A DNA stretch of 64,000 nucleotides. It comes from Candidatus Helarchaeota archaeon (GTDB lineage Archaea > Asgardarchaeota > Lokiarchaeia > Helarchaeales > RDOG01). Shown here piece by piece: positions 1 to 11,132 of this stretch. The stretch covers positions 1-64,000 of the forward strand of contig JAHPZH010000007.1 of NCBI GenBank assembly GCA_019058315.1, in the 5' to 3' direction. Under the pieces are notes generated by a model. The model was not told where the DNA came from, made no database searches, and was given only the letters and a program-made list of their open reading frames with translations. The translations under genes were made by a program, and so were the position numbers. The number at the start of each line of letters is the position of its first letter. Positions within the stretch are counted from its first letter, which is position 1.

Positions 1-408
1 CTGGAACTCGACCCCAAATTTGCCATGGCTTGGAATAACAAAGGAAGTACATTAATTATCTTGGGAAAATATGAGGACGCCATAGTTTGCTTCGATAAAG
101 CACTGGAGCTCGACCCCAAAGATGCCATGGCTTGGAGTAACAAAGGAAATGCATTAAGTAACTTGGGAAAATACAAAGACGCCATAGCATGCTTCGATAA
201 AGTGCTGGAGCTCGACCCCAAAGATGCCGTGGCTTGGTATAATAAAGGAAATGCATTAAATAACTTGGGAAAATACGAGGATGCCATAGTTTGCTATGAT
301 AAAGCGCTGGAGCTCGACCCCAAAGATGCAATGACTTGGAGTAACAAAGGAACTGCATTATTAAAATCAAAAAAATATAATGAAGCCATAGTATGTTTTG
401 ATAAAGCG
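1..408 (+). repeat. 102-bp coding tandem repeat (TPR units)
   Basis: ctgga(a/g)ctcgaccccaaa starts at 1, 103, 205 and 307. Confidence 0.9.
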
Positions 409-609
409 ATAGAACTCGAATTTGACTATGACTCTGCTTATTATAATAAAGCATGTGCTAAATCATTACTGAACAATAAAAAAGAGGCTATAGATCTATT
501 AAATATTGCAATTAAATTAAATCCTAAATATCAGGAGTCAGCAAAGACAGATCCTGACTTTGACACTATCAGAAAAACAAAGGAATTTCAAGAATTAATT
601 AAAGATTAA
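1..609 (+). CDS. TPR-repeat protein, 5' end outside window
   Basis: Frame +1 is open from base 1 (LELDPKFAMAW...); 34-aa TPR consensus AWxNKGxxLxxLGKYxDAIxCFDKALELDP repeated. Confidence 0.9.
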   Translation: MELDPKFAMAWNNKGSTLIILGKYEDAIVCFDKALELDPKDAMAWSNKGNALSNLGKYKDAIACFDKVLELDPKDAVAWYNKGNALNNLGKYEDAIVCYDKALELDPKDAMTWSNKGTALLKSKKYNEAIVCFDKAIELEFDYDSAYYNKACAKSLLNNKKEAIDLLNIAIKLNPKYQESAKTDPDFDTIRKTKEFQELIKD

Positions 610-918
610 ACAGTGAATTTTTGTATATCCGATTGATATTAACAATTTCCCTTTTTTTTATAGTGAGAGTCACTTGAAAATAAAAGAGATAGAGTAATTT
701 AGATGATAATATTTTACCTTTATTTAGTAATTTTTATTCTTTTAGAGGAAAAAATGTGACTGGTTAACAATGACATTTTACTGACAAAAACAACCTATAT
801 CTGTGAGTTTTTAGTCAAATATTTTTATTAATTGACTAATTTAACTGTACAATATCCAATTTTACATTTATTGCGACAAAAATTGATCTTAGTTATTCCA
901 AGTCAACACAATCAGGTG

Positions 919-1214
919 ATGAATCAACGTCCTATGTCACAAGGAAACAATACCAACTACCCAAGTTACAAGAAATCTTTGATTTTGACACGTTAATTAC
1001 TGACGGTCTGGAAGCATTGAAACGTGTGTGGGGAATGGGGAGAGCTAATATACAATTTAAGTTATATTTCAAATATCCCAATCTAAATTACGTTAATATC
1101 GGCAGATCGGGATGGGAGATTAGATTAAGGGACCTATCCGAGAAAATTAATAATGGGTTTGCAAGGGTAGAACAGTTTTATTCCGCGGGGTATCAACAAG
1201 AAACAGTCGCCTAA
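919..1214 (+). pseudogene. Probable frameshifted small gene of unknown function
   Basis: SD-like aggtg precedes ATG 919; that frame stops after ~25 codons; a one-base shift near the T-run at ~978-980 joins it to ORF 1017-1214. Confidence 0.3.
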
Positions 1215-1352
1215 ATAAGCAATAATTTCCCCAGATTTTACTTCCAAATATTCCCTTACCGAGTTAGATATACATATCCTCGATTTATTATCCAGTTTAA
1301 ATTTTACTACTTTAAAATGATCCTTTTCCATCATAAAGACTTCCTTTATCAT
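1134..1352 (-). CDS. AbrB/MazE/SpoVT-like small DNA-binding protein
   Basis: KLDNKSRICISNSVREYLEVKSGE fits the swapped-hairpin consensus (lD.kGRi.iP..vR..l.l..Gd). Confidence 0.6.
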   Translation of the reverse strand: MIKEVFMMEKDHFKVVKFKLDNKSRICISNSVREYLEVKSGEIIAYLGDCFLLIPRGIKLFYPCKPIINFLG

Positions 1353-1368
1353 AACTAAATATATAAAA

Positions 1369-1415
1369 TGCGCAATTATTTAATGTAAGTATATATAAAC
1401 TCTCGATTTTGCGCA
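1369..1415 (-). promoter_or_regulatory. TATA box flanked by two TGCGCA palindromes
   Basis: TGCGCA at 1369 and 1410 with TATATATAAA (minus strand TTTATATATA) at 1390-1399; same geometry at 42016-42062. Confidence 0.6.
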
Positions 1416-1616
1416 AATTCTCTTTCTCTTGCCAATTAGCATATTCTTTCATGATGAAAGCCATCTGGTGTGAGATTTGATTTATAAATATATTGTATAG
1501 TTTTTCGATTATGTATAATTGAATGTAGTTATATATAATTATATATAATTATCCCCAACTGAAGAAACTTAAAAATTGACAGAATTTTATTTATGTGAAA
1601 ATTATGGGTGAATCAT

Positions 1617-1781
1617 ATGCCCGAAAAATATTCCACTATTTCTATCCCTAAATCATTGATTGAAATTCTTGATAAAATAATAGATGCACGAATTGGATAT
1701 ACCAGCCGTGCGGAAATAGTTAAAGAAGCTATTAGAGATAAAGTCTTGGAAATTAGGGAAAAATATGGGCTTAAAGTTTAA
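1617..1781 (+). CDS. Ribbon-helix-helix (CopG/NikR-like) protein, 54 aa, not in ORF track
   Basis: Manual translation MPEKYSTISIPKSLIEILDKIIDARIGYTSRAEIVKEAIRDKVLEIREKYGLKV*; GYxSRAExVxEAIR motif; SD gggtga upstream. Confidence 0.85.
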   Translation: MPEKYSTISIPKSLIEILDKIIDARIGYTSRAEIVKEAIRDKVLEIREKYGLKV

Positions 1782-1814
1782 TACATACTAGCATAAAATC
1801 AGTAACCGCTGTAA

Positions 1815-2039
1815 TTAATAATTTTCTTCCTTATATAGAATCTTAACTTTTTGATATTTGTTATTTAAGTAATCGAGAATCAGATTTGCTCTTGCAGTTG
1901 CAAAATAATGCCAATCCTCTTTCTGATCATTGAGTACCTCATCACTAAATGATGTTCCAGACACTAAGAGCATAGTATATTCCCCATTTGTCAATTTTTT
2001 AATAATTTTATTCCCTTCTTTCCTTTCAATATTTTTCAA
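1815..2039 (-). CDS. Hypothetical protein, possibly the 3' part of a frameshifted gene
   Basis: ORF track; the frame stays open upstream to ~2163 with no ATG. Confidence 0.3.
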   Translation of the reverse strand: MKNIERKEGNKIIKKLTNGEYTMLLVSGTSFSDEVLNDQKEDWHYFATARANLILDYLNNKYQKVKILYKEENY

Positions 2040-2725
2040 ACTCTTCTCAGAATGTCTATGTACATAATTTTTTTTATCCTGCCACTCATTTTCAGAGAGT
2101 TGTTTAATCGAATTCTTAAAAATTAGATCTTTGTTTTGGATATCATTGTATAATTGATCGAAATTTACTTTTTCTTCGATTAGAATGTAATAATCTTCAC
2201 TATAAGTAAAAATAATTATTTTCAGACTCCTTTGAAAAATATTATCTTATTAATTATTATATAACACTTCTATATATATTTTTCTCGCTTAATAACAGAT
2301 AATTTTCCACACTCTCAATAAATAATGAGTTAAATTAATAGATCAAATGAAATACTTTAGGATTGGCGAAAAAAAACAAAATTATTGATTTTTTAAGAAT
2401 AATTTTCCAAAAGTGAGTAATATTATAGCGGCGTTTCCATCAAAATATAGGAAAAACTATTTGCGCAAAACTATAATTCTTAAATAATTTGCGCAAATTA
2501 TTGAAATGGAATTAAATATAACGATTATTTCGAATTTTATAATATAATATTATTTTGATCCAATATTTAATAAGATTTAGTTCCAAAATTTTCTCAAACA
2601 GCAAAAATGACTTAATGAAAGAATTTTTAAAGGTAATATGAATTATTAACATGATTAAAAAATAATGCATTTTTCTCCAAAAGTGAGTAAATGCGCAAAT
2701 TAATTTAATAAGAGTTTGTGAAAGC

Positions 2726-3936
<1,211 letters not shown>

Positions 3937-3984
3937 GTGAAATTGAGTAATAAAAAAGATAAAAAAAAGATTTTGGTGAATAAA

Positions 3985-4410
3985 ATGGAAAAAATTAGAT
4001 TAGGATTTGTTGTGGCGGAATTTCATTATGATATAACTTCTATGATGCTTGAGAAAGGAAAAGAGCATGCTGTATTTCTTGGATGTGAAGTCGGTGACGT
4101 TATTAAGGTTCCTGGGTCATTCGACATGCCAATAGCTATCCAAACGCTTCTAAAACGTGATGATATTCATGGAGTCGTAACATTAGGTGCGGTTATTAAA
4201 GGAGATACCGATCACGATCAAGTTGTTGCACAACATGCAGCAAGAAAAATGGTTGATTTATCTCTTGAATATCAAAAACCAGTTACGCTCGGTGTTTCTG
4301 GACCTGGTATGACGCGACTTGAAGCAGTTGAGCGAATTGAAGACTTTGCACGCCGTAGTGTCGAAGCATGTGTTAAAATGATTAAACGAATTCATGAACA
4401 TTCACAATAA
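3985..4410 (+). CDS. ribH: 6,7-dimethyl-8-ribityllumazine synthase
   Basis: [26 protein letters not shown]; ATG 3985 with SD ggtga preferred over GTG 3937. Confidence 0.93.
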   Translation: MEKIRLGFVVAEFHYDITSMMLEKGKEHAVFLGCEVGDVIKVPGSFDMPIAIQTLLKRDDIHGVVTLGAVIKGDTDHDQVVAQHAARKMVDLSLEYQKPVTLGVSGPGMTRLEAVERIEDFARRSVEACVKMIKRIHEHSQ

Positions 4411-4438
4411 GTATTAATTATAAAACTGGAAAATTAGG

Positions 4439-5617
4439 ATGCCAACAACATTTTTTTCTGATTTCGCACTAATAGGTGAAAATTTGGATTTAAAAGAAAA
4501 AATATATTTTCAAGTTTCAGAAGAAGGGTTAATTAAGGAAATTTCTACTCAATGCCCTAAAAGTTCGGATATTATTGAATTTAAAGACTCCTTACTAATC
4601 CCTGGTTTTATCAACGCCCATGTACATATTGGTGATTCATTCGCAAAAGATAAGGGAATAAATTTATCCCTTCCAGAGGTTGTGGAACCGCCTGATGGCT
4701 TGAAACACCGCCTCCTCAAAGAAACTGAAAAAGAGACCATAATTGATGGGATGAAAAATGGGTTCAAAGAGATGTTATCATCAGGGACAACTACATTTGT
4801 CGATTTTAGGGAAGGTGGACCTGAAGGCATTCTTATTTTAAAAGAAGCGCTAAAAGATTCTTTAATTAGAGCATTTATTTTGGGACGAACTACTCCAGAT
4901 TTTAATACTCCCCATGAAATATTAAAAATGGCTCATGGAATTGGTCTAAGTTCTTCAAACATATATGCTGATAATGAATTAGAAATGATTGCGATTTTTT
5001 GCTTAGAAGCATCCAAAATAATTTCTACTCATGTATCAGAAACAGAAGAAGAAAGGGAAATTGCTTTTAAGAAATTTAAAATTTCCGATATTGAGAGATC
5101 TATTAAATTATTAAATGCTGATTTATTAGTTCATGCCATTTATGCTGATGATAAAGATATTGATTTAATTTCAAAACATAATACCCCCATAGTTATCTGT
5201 CCTAGGGCAAACGGATATTTTGGTGTCGGATTTCCTCCAATTTCAGCTTTCTTAAAACATAAAATACTACTTTGCTTGGGAACAGATAATGTTATGGCTA
5301 ACAGTCCTGATTTATTTCGTGAAATGGAATTTCTATTTAAATTATTCCGAGGGACAAATGGAATTAATATGTTAAAAACCAAAGATATATTATCGATGGT
5401 TACAATAAATCCAGCTAAAGCACTAAGATTGGATCATCTAACAGGTTCTTTAGCAAAAGGAAGATATGCAGATTTTTTTATTCTTGATCTAAATTCTCCA
5501 AATTTGATACCAATGGAGAATGTATATGATAGTATAATTTTACGAGCAAAATCCGAAAATGTGATTGCTACTTATATAAAAGGGAGATTAGCTTATGAAA
5601 GACGTTATAATTCCTAA
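4439..5617 (+). CDS. Metal-dependent amidohydrolase, candidate riboflavin-pathway pyrimidine deaminase
   Basis: PGFINAHVH, HVSE, VHA and GTDN motifs; lies between ribH and arfC. Confidence 0.8.
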   Translation: MPTTFFSDFALIGENLDLKEKIYFQVSEEGLIKEISTQCPKSSDIIEFKDSLLIPGFINAHVHIGDSFAKDKGINLSLPEVVEPPDGLKHRLLKETEKETIIDGMKNGFKEMLSSGTTTFVDFREGGPEGILILKEALKDSLIRAFILGRTTPDFNTPHEILKMAHGIGLSSSNIYADNELEMIAIFCLEASKIISTHVSETEEEREIAFKKFKISDIERSIKLLNADLLVHAIYADDKDIDLISKHNTPIVICPRANGYFGVGFPPISAFLKHKILLCLGTDNVMANSPDLFREMEFLFKLFRGTNGINMLKTKDILSMVTINPAKALRLDHLTGSLAKGRYADFFILDLNSPNLIPMENVYDSIILRAKSENVIATYIKGRLAYERRYNS

Positions 5618-6272
5618 TGGAAGACCGTATGTTATTTTAAACGCCGCCATGAGTTTAGATGGCAAAATCTCAACTTGTGAAGGCGGTGCGGAATATTCTG
5701 ACGAACTAGATTGGAAACGAGTTCATAAATTGAGAGCAGAAGTAGATGGGATATTAATAGGTATAGGAACAATTTTAAAAGACGATCCTAAGTTAAGGGT
5801 TAAATATTTCGAGGGAAATCCAACAAGAATTATTATCGATAGTAAGTGCAGAATTCCATTAGATGCAAAAGTAATAAATTTCGAAAGAGAAAAATATCCT
5901 GCTATCATTGCCACCACAGAACAAGCCCCAAAGGAGAAAATTGAAGCATTAAAAAAATTAGATGTCGAAGTATTAATTTGTGGACCTGGTCCTCAAGTTG
6001 ATCTTGATGATTTAATGCATAAATTGCGACAAAAGGGATTCAAAAGTCTTATGTTAGAAGGTGGTGGGACTCTAAATTTTAGTATGTTTGAGCAAAATTT
6101 AATTGATGAAGTCCGAATTTGTATGGCTCCTGTTATTGTTGGTGGAGAAAAAGCGGTTTCCTTGGTAGAAGGAAAAGGATTCATCGACCTGAATGAAGCA
6201 GTTAATTTAAAATTAATGAAAATGGAAAAATTAGGTAAAAATATTATCTTATTTTATAAAGTTGTAGATTAA
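5595..6272 (+). CDS. arfC: 2,5-diamino-6-ribosylamino-4(3H)-pyrimidinone 5'-phosphate reductase (RibD C-terminal type)
   Basis: RPYVILNAAMSLDGK, GTILKDDP and EGGG motifs; no deaminase domain. Confidence 0.9.
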   Translation: MKDVIIPNGRPYVILNAAMSLDGKISTCEGGAEYSDELDWKRVHKLRAEVDGILIGIGTILKDDPKLRVKYFEGNPTRIIIDSKCRIPLDAKVINFEREKYPAIIATTEQAPKEKIEALKKLDVEVLICGPGPQVDLDDLMHKLRQKGFKSLMLEGGGTLNFSMFEQNLIDEVRICMAPVIVGGEKAVSLVEGKGFIDLNEAVNLKLMKMEKLGKNIILFYKVVD

Positions 6273-6379
6273 TTAACTTCTTTCCAGACTTTTTTTATTT
6301 TAAAGCTGAAAATGAAACTTTTTTTTAATAATATACTTTATGTTTTTTGGATTCTCTCAATTTATAGCTGGAAAAATTA

Positions 6380-7315
6380 ATGATTACAGATAAATACGGA
6401 AGGTATGTTGACGACATTCGCATTTCAGTTACAAAAAAGTGCAATTTAAAATGTATATATTGCCATCATGAGGGGCAATGGCAAAATGATTTTAACAAAA
6501 ACGATGAAATGACACCTGATGAGATTTATAAAATTGTAGAAATTGGTACTAAATTTGGAATTAAAAAGGTGAAATTGACTGGGGGAGAACCCCTAATTCG
6601 AAATGATATTTACGAGATTATAAGCAAGATATCAAAATTAAATGAAATAGAAGATATTTCCCTTGTTACTAACGGTACTTTACTTAAAGATTCTGTAAAA
6701 AAATTAGTTGAATCAGGTCTTAAACGAATTAACGTAAGTCTAGATTGTCTGGAACCATCCATATACAAAAATATTACAAAATCTAACAATAATTTAATTC
6801 CAAATGATATCATTGAGGGAATTAAATTAGCAATTGCCCATGGCTTAACACCTTTGAAATTAAATATGGTTGTGTTAAAAGGTGTGAATGATACCGAAAT
6901 TGAAAGAATGATCGAATTATCTAGTGATTTAGGAGCGACTTTACAATTAATTGAACTTGTTCCTTATAGAGAACGCGAGGGTTTCCTAAAATTTCATGTT
7001 GATTTATCAAATATTGAAGAAAAAATAAAAAAAAGTGCAGTTAAAACTAAAATTAGAGAATTACAGAAAAGAATGATTTATTTTTTAGAAAATGGAGCAA
7101 TAATTGAGTTTGTAAAACCATATCACAATCCAGAGTTCTGTGCAAACTGCCACCGGATCCGAGTAACCTCTGCTGGGCGATTAAAACCATGTTTAAGGAC
7201 TAACACTAACCTCATTAATATACTAGAACCCTTAAGGGAAGGGAAAAGTGATAAAGAATTAGAAAAGCTCTTCATTAATGCTATTGAATGTAGGAAGCCC
7301 TATTATTTAGATTAA
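6380..7315 (+). CDS. moaA: GTP 3',8-cyclase (molybdenum cofactor biosynthesis)
   Basis: RISVTxxCNLKCIYC radical SAM motif, TGGEP, C-terminal FCANCHRIRVT...LKPCL. Confidence 0.93.
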   Translation: MITDKYGRYVDDIRISVTKKCNLKCIYCHHEGQWQNDFNKNDEMTPDEIYKIVEIGTKFGIKKVKLTGGEPLIRNDIYEIISKISKLNEIEDISLVTNGTLLKDSVKKLVESGLKRINVSLDCLEPSIYKNITKSNNNLIPNDIIEGIKLAIAHGLTPLKLNMVVLKGVNDTEIERMIELSSDLGATLQLIELVPYREREGFLKFHVDLSNIEEKIKKSAVKTKIRELQKRMIYFLENGAIIEFVKPYHNPEFCANCHRIRVTSAGRLKPCLRTNTNLINILEPLREGKSDKELEKLFINAIECRKPYYLD

Positions 7316-7348
7316 CCCAATTATATAGATTAAAATTAGAATAAAATG

Positions 7349-8578
7349 TTAGATGTTTTTAAGCCCTGCTAATTTATTTTTTAGATTTTTAATGGTTTCT
7401 TCCCATTTTTTGAGTTCTTGATTAGTTTGTTTTTCAAAGTTGAATTGTTTTATTACCGCCATATTTGAATCAATCCAACCTCGTAATTCTTTATCGTAGG
7501 TATCCATTGATTCAACTAATTCATCACCTCGAGAGGCAAAAAGTTGCATTAGATCACCGAATTGTTTTTCATAATATTTTACAGTTTCAGTAATATTTTT
7601 TGTCATCTCATCCATTAAGGCTTTTACCTGTCCAGTAGCAGCGGTATCGGGCACAACTTCAACTTTTTCTTCCGGATAGATTTGTTTTTTAATGCTTTCT
7701 AGAGTATCTAAGAAAGCTTGTGTCTGCTGATCACCGTATTCATGGGCGATAGTATTTACAACTGAAGCCGCTTCTGAAAGAATTTCAATAAATCCTTTAT
7801 TTGCATCAAAAAGCACTTGATATATTAGAGGCTCTTTATCCATAGTTCCTCCGTGGACTGTCATAAATCCTTTACCTTGGTTAGTAAAAACAACAGAAAA
7901 TATTGGGAATCTTAGCTCTGTCTTTTCTGCTTTTTCCTTAACTATTGCATCTAATGAAAGTAAACCACCACCAAATTCGTCCGATTCAACTGTAATTACA
8001 GGTTGTTTCTGAAATGCAATCGGTAGTCCTAATTCATTTGTGATACATTGGGCTAAAATTAATGGATTTTTAACTTGTTCTATGGTAGCAGAAATTATAT
8101 CAAAATCATCAAGCGCTTCCTTATAAACAGTTAAGGGTTTAAAATCACCTGAATAAACATGATATAAGATTTTGACTACTCCTTCTACAACAGAAAAATC
8201 GTAGCCTTGAAGTCCTAATTCATTAATCCACATATTAATTAAATCATTAAGACAACTGCTAATTAACTCTGAATCCAGAATAAACCTGGTTTGATGATCA
8301 AGAACTATAACTAAATATCCTAAGCCAATTTCCATTGCTATTACAGCATTTTTCTCAAAGACGGAAATATGAATTAATTCTTTACCGAGATCAAGAAATT
8401 CGCAGATTTCTTGTGCTGCTTTGAAAATAGAAGATTCCATAGCTCCTAATCCTTCAATGGGATTCATTCTTAAGACTTTAGAGATAATTAGACCGACCTT
8501 GTCACAAATTACTACTTCTTTAACACTAGTCGAACTTCGGAGTATTTTAGCCAAAATTGCTTGCGGGCTGACTGACAA
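7349..8578 (-). CDS. Tandem Roadblock/longin-like domain protein with coiled-coil tail
   Basis: Two segments (VVICDKVGLII; AQCITNELGLPI) resemble Roadblock strand-turn starts; helical C-terminus. Confidence 0.5.
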   Translation of the reverse strand: MSVSPQAILAKILRSSTSVKEVVICDKVGLIISKVLRMNPIEGLGAMESSIFKAAQEICEFLDLGKELIHISVFEKNAVIAMEIGLGYLVIVLDHQTRFILDSELISSCLNDLINMWINELGLQGYDFSVVEGVVKILYHVYSGDFKPLTVYKEALDDFDIISATIEQVKNPLILAQCITNELGLPIAFQKQPVITVESDEFGGGLLSLDAIVKEKAEKTELRFPIFSVVFTNQGKGFMTVHGGTMDKEPLIYQVLFDANKGFIEILSEAASVVNTIAHEYGDQQTQAFLDTLESIKKQIYPEEKVEVVPDTAATGQVKALMDEMTKNITETVKYYEKQFGDLMQLFASRGDELVESMDTYDKELRGWIDSNMAVIKQFNFEKQTNQELKKWEETIKNLKNKLAGLKNI

Positions 8579-8765
8579 AACAAACCCTCTGAATTTAATC
8601 GATTTATTTATTTACAATTCTAAAATAAACTTGCAAATTTAAACTAAATTTAATTTCTATCTCTTTTTAATATATTTAATTTCATTTAGTTAGAAAATAA
8701 AAATTTCGCAGTAAAGAAAGAATTTAAAAATATAAGAATTCAAAAAATGATTTTTTTCTAAAGTT

Positions 8766-10223
8766 CTAATATTCTTTAATCCATTTACTTTTAAATTTCT
8801 TACCCGGATTTAAGATATTATTGGGATCAAATACTTTTTTAAGTTCCCACATATAATCCAGGCTGATTCCATGTTCATAGCGGTTAAATCCTCCAAGTCT
8901 GTCTCCATCACCAATATACGTTGACATAGTTCCCTCTTTATCAATTGCCATTTTGGACATATCTCGTACATAGTTATAGAAACGTTTTACCTCATCTGGA
9001 TTACTATCATCCACAAATACAGCAAAAGATATACTTGGACTGACCTTATTTGGGCGTTCATTATAAACACATGCACCTAATATCTCAATTTGATGTTTTT
9101 TTGTGAATTCAAGATATTTCTCATAAGCTTCTTCTAATCGCCCAATGGGTATTCCTAGATCTGCAGACCCAAACTTTTTTATCCTTTGAGAATCGGGCCA
9201 TTTTTGAAGAAATGGTTCAAATTCTAAGGTGTGTTTGCTCCTCCACCATCCATCGACAATTTCACGTTCTTTTACTATTTCGCCACCATGTAATTTCATG
9301 ATCTTTTTTGAATATTCATTTGAGAAATTAACAACTTCGCTATCACCATTAAATGAAACGAATAACAGCGCTCCAGCCCATTCAGGAATATCCGGGTCTT
9401 TTCCGTGTTTTGTCCTATATGCGTGAGTATAAAAACCAAGTCGATTTTTACAGTTAATATGAGCACTTTCTACAGATAAACCGGAATGAAGTAGTCTCAT
9501 TAATGCTTCAGCAGCATCACTAATTGATGGAAATATGAAAGCTTCAATAGCACGAGTTTCGGGTTTTGGTAATATAGCTAAAGTGGCTTCAGTAACTATA
9601 CCTAAAGTCCCTTCTGCCCCTATAAGTAACCAGTGAAGTTTATAACCACTCGATGTACAATATGCTTTTCTATGTCCTACTCTAACAATTTCTCCTGTAC
9701 CAGTGACTATAACGGCATTTAAGAGAAAATCTACCATTTTACCATATTTAATTCCAAATGTTCCATCATTATCACATGAGATTGCTGCACCTACAGTTGA
9801 TGAAGGCTTCGATTCAGGATCGTGAGGACACCAAAAATCATACTTCTCTAGTTCATTATTTAAATTTAAGATTGTTACCCCAGTTTGTGTCGTTACCGTA
9901 AAATTTTTTGTATCTACTTCAAGAACCTTATTTAAACCCTTTGTATCGATTACAATTCCTTTATTTATAGGAACCGCACCGCCACCCATCCCTGTAAGTC
10001 CTCCAATTGCCACAACTGGAATTTTATATTCATTTGCAATTTTAAGAGTTTTTGATACCTCCTCTGTAGATGTGGGACGAACCACGATGTCCGGTAATTG
10101 GGTATCAGTAGCCTCTCTTGGAGACCAGTCCCGAGAATAGGTCATTAAGTGAAATTTAGCAGTTTGAACTTTGCGTTTACCTATACTCTCTCGAATCTTT
10201 GTTGCAATTTCTTCAATATTCAA
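8766..10223 (-). CDS. FAD-linked oxidoreductase, GlcD/D-lactate dehydrogenase family
   Basis: PDIVVRP, GGLTGMGGG, GAEGTLGIVT, FDPNNILNPGK. Confidence 0.88.
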   Translation of the reverse strand: MNIEEIATKIRESIGKRKVQTAKFHLMTYSRDWSPREATDTQLPDIVVRPTSTEEVSKTLKIANEYKIPVVAIGGLTGMGGGAVPINKGIVIDTKGLNKVLEVDTKNFTVTTQTGVTILNLNNELEKYDFWCPHDPESKPSSTVGAAISCDNDGTFGIKYGKMVDFLLNAVIVTGTGEIVRVGHRKAYCTSSGYKLHWLLIGAEGTLGIVTEATLAILPKPETRAIEAFIFPSISDAAEALMRLLHSGLSVESAHINCKNRLGFYTHAYRTKHGKDPDIPEWAGALLFVSFNGDSEVVNFSNEYSKKIMKLHGGEIVKEREIVDGWWRSKHTLEFEPFLQKWPDSQRIKKFGSADLGIPIGRLEEAYEKYLEFTKKHQIEILGACVYNERPNKVSPSISFAVFVDDSNPDEVKRFYNYVRDMSKMAIDKEGTMSTYIGDGDRLGGFNRYEHGISLDYMWELKKVFDPNNILNPGKKFKSKWIKEY

Positions 10224-10340
10224 TTCTTTTCGCCTTTTTTTCGATAATAATTCTATATGGTAATAAAATTATAAAAATTCTTTACTTATTTTCATCATAT
10301 AAGGAGTTAATATAAGTTTAAAATTTAAGGAGATTTATGT

Positions 10341-11090
10341 ATGACATCTCTTGCCGTAATTTTTATGGGACAAGCAGGATGTGGAAAGTCACATTTATGC
10401 GCTTCATTTGGAAAATGGTTAGAGGAGAATAAAAAATCTTTTAAAATAATCAATCTTGACCCAGGGGCTGAATATATTCCCTTTAATCCAAATTTTGATA
10501 TTCGAAAATATTTTACAATTTCAGAAATTATGAAAAAGGAAAAATTAGGTCCAAATGGGGCAATGATACGTGCGAATAACAAAATTAACGAAATTTCCGA
10601 TGAGATTATCGATGAAATTATTGGTCCAGAAGATTTTATTTTAATAGATCTTCCAGGACAATTAGAAACGTTTATTTTTAGACAATCTGGAGCTAATTTC
10701 ATTCAAAAACTTGAAAATAAAATAAGAGTTGTGGGAATTTATTTAATCGATGCTGAATTTTTATCCTCAGCTACTGATTTTATAATCGCATCTTTAATAG
10801 GCACCGCTTGTAGTTTACAGTTACCAATTGAAGTGGTTTCAATATTACACAAATCTGATAAAATCATTAATCAGGAGATAATAAAGATAGTCCATAATTT
10901 CGATTTTTTAAAAGAAAAAGTAATCGAAGAAAAAAAGGGAGCTATGATAGATATGGTTCTTCCAATTTTGGATAATATCTTGGAGCCCTTTGCCCGCATC
11001 ATAAAGACATCATCAGTAACAAATGAGGGAATGCTTGAACTCTATGAATTAATTAATGAAATTTTTTGCGCTTGTGGTGATATTAGTTAA
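10341..11090 (+). CDS. GPN-loop GTPase
   Basis: GQAGCGKS, NLDPG, LGPNG, DLPGQ, C-terminal CxCGD. Confidence 0.92.
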   Translation: MTSLAVIFMGQAGCGKSHLCASFGKWLEENKKSFKIINLDPGAEYIPFNPNFDIRKYFTISEIMKKEKLGPNGAMIRANNKINEISDEIIDEIIGPEDFILIDLPGQLETFIFRQSGANFIQKLENKIRVVGIYLIDAEFLSSATDFIIASLIGTACSLQLPIEVVSILHKSDKIINQEIIKIVHNFDFLKEKVIEEKKGAMIDMVLPILDNILEPFARIIKTSSVTNEGMLELYELINEIFCACGDIS

Positions 11091-11132
11091 TTTTATCAAG
11101 TTTGCTAATATTATAAAAAAAAGAGTTATATT

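Noticed and set aside
6380-7315. MoaA lacking the C-terminal GG motif
   Set aside because: Common in archaeal MoaA; not unusual
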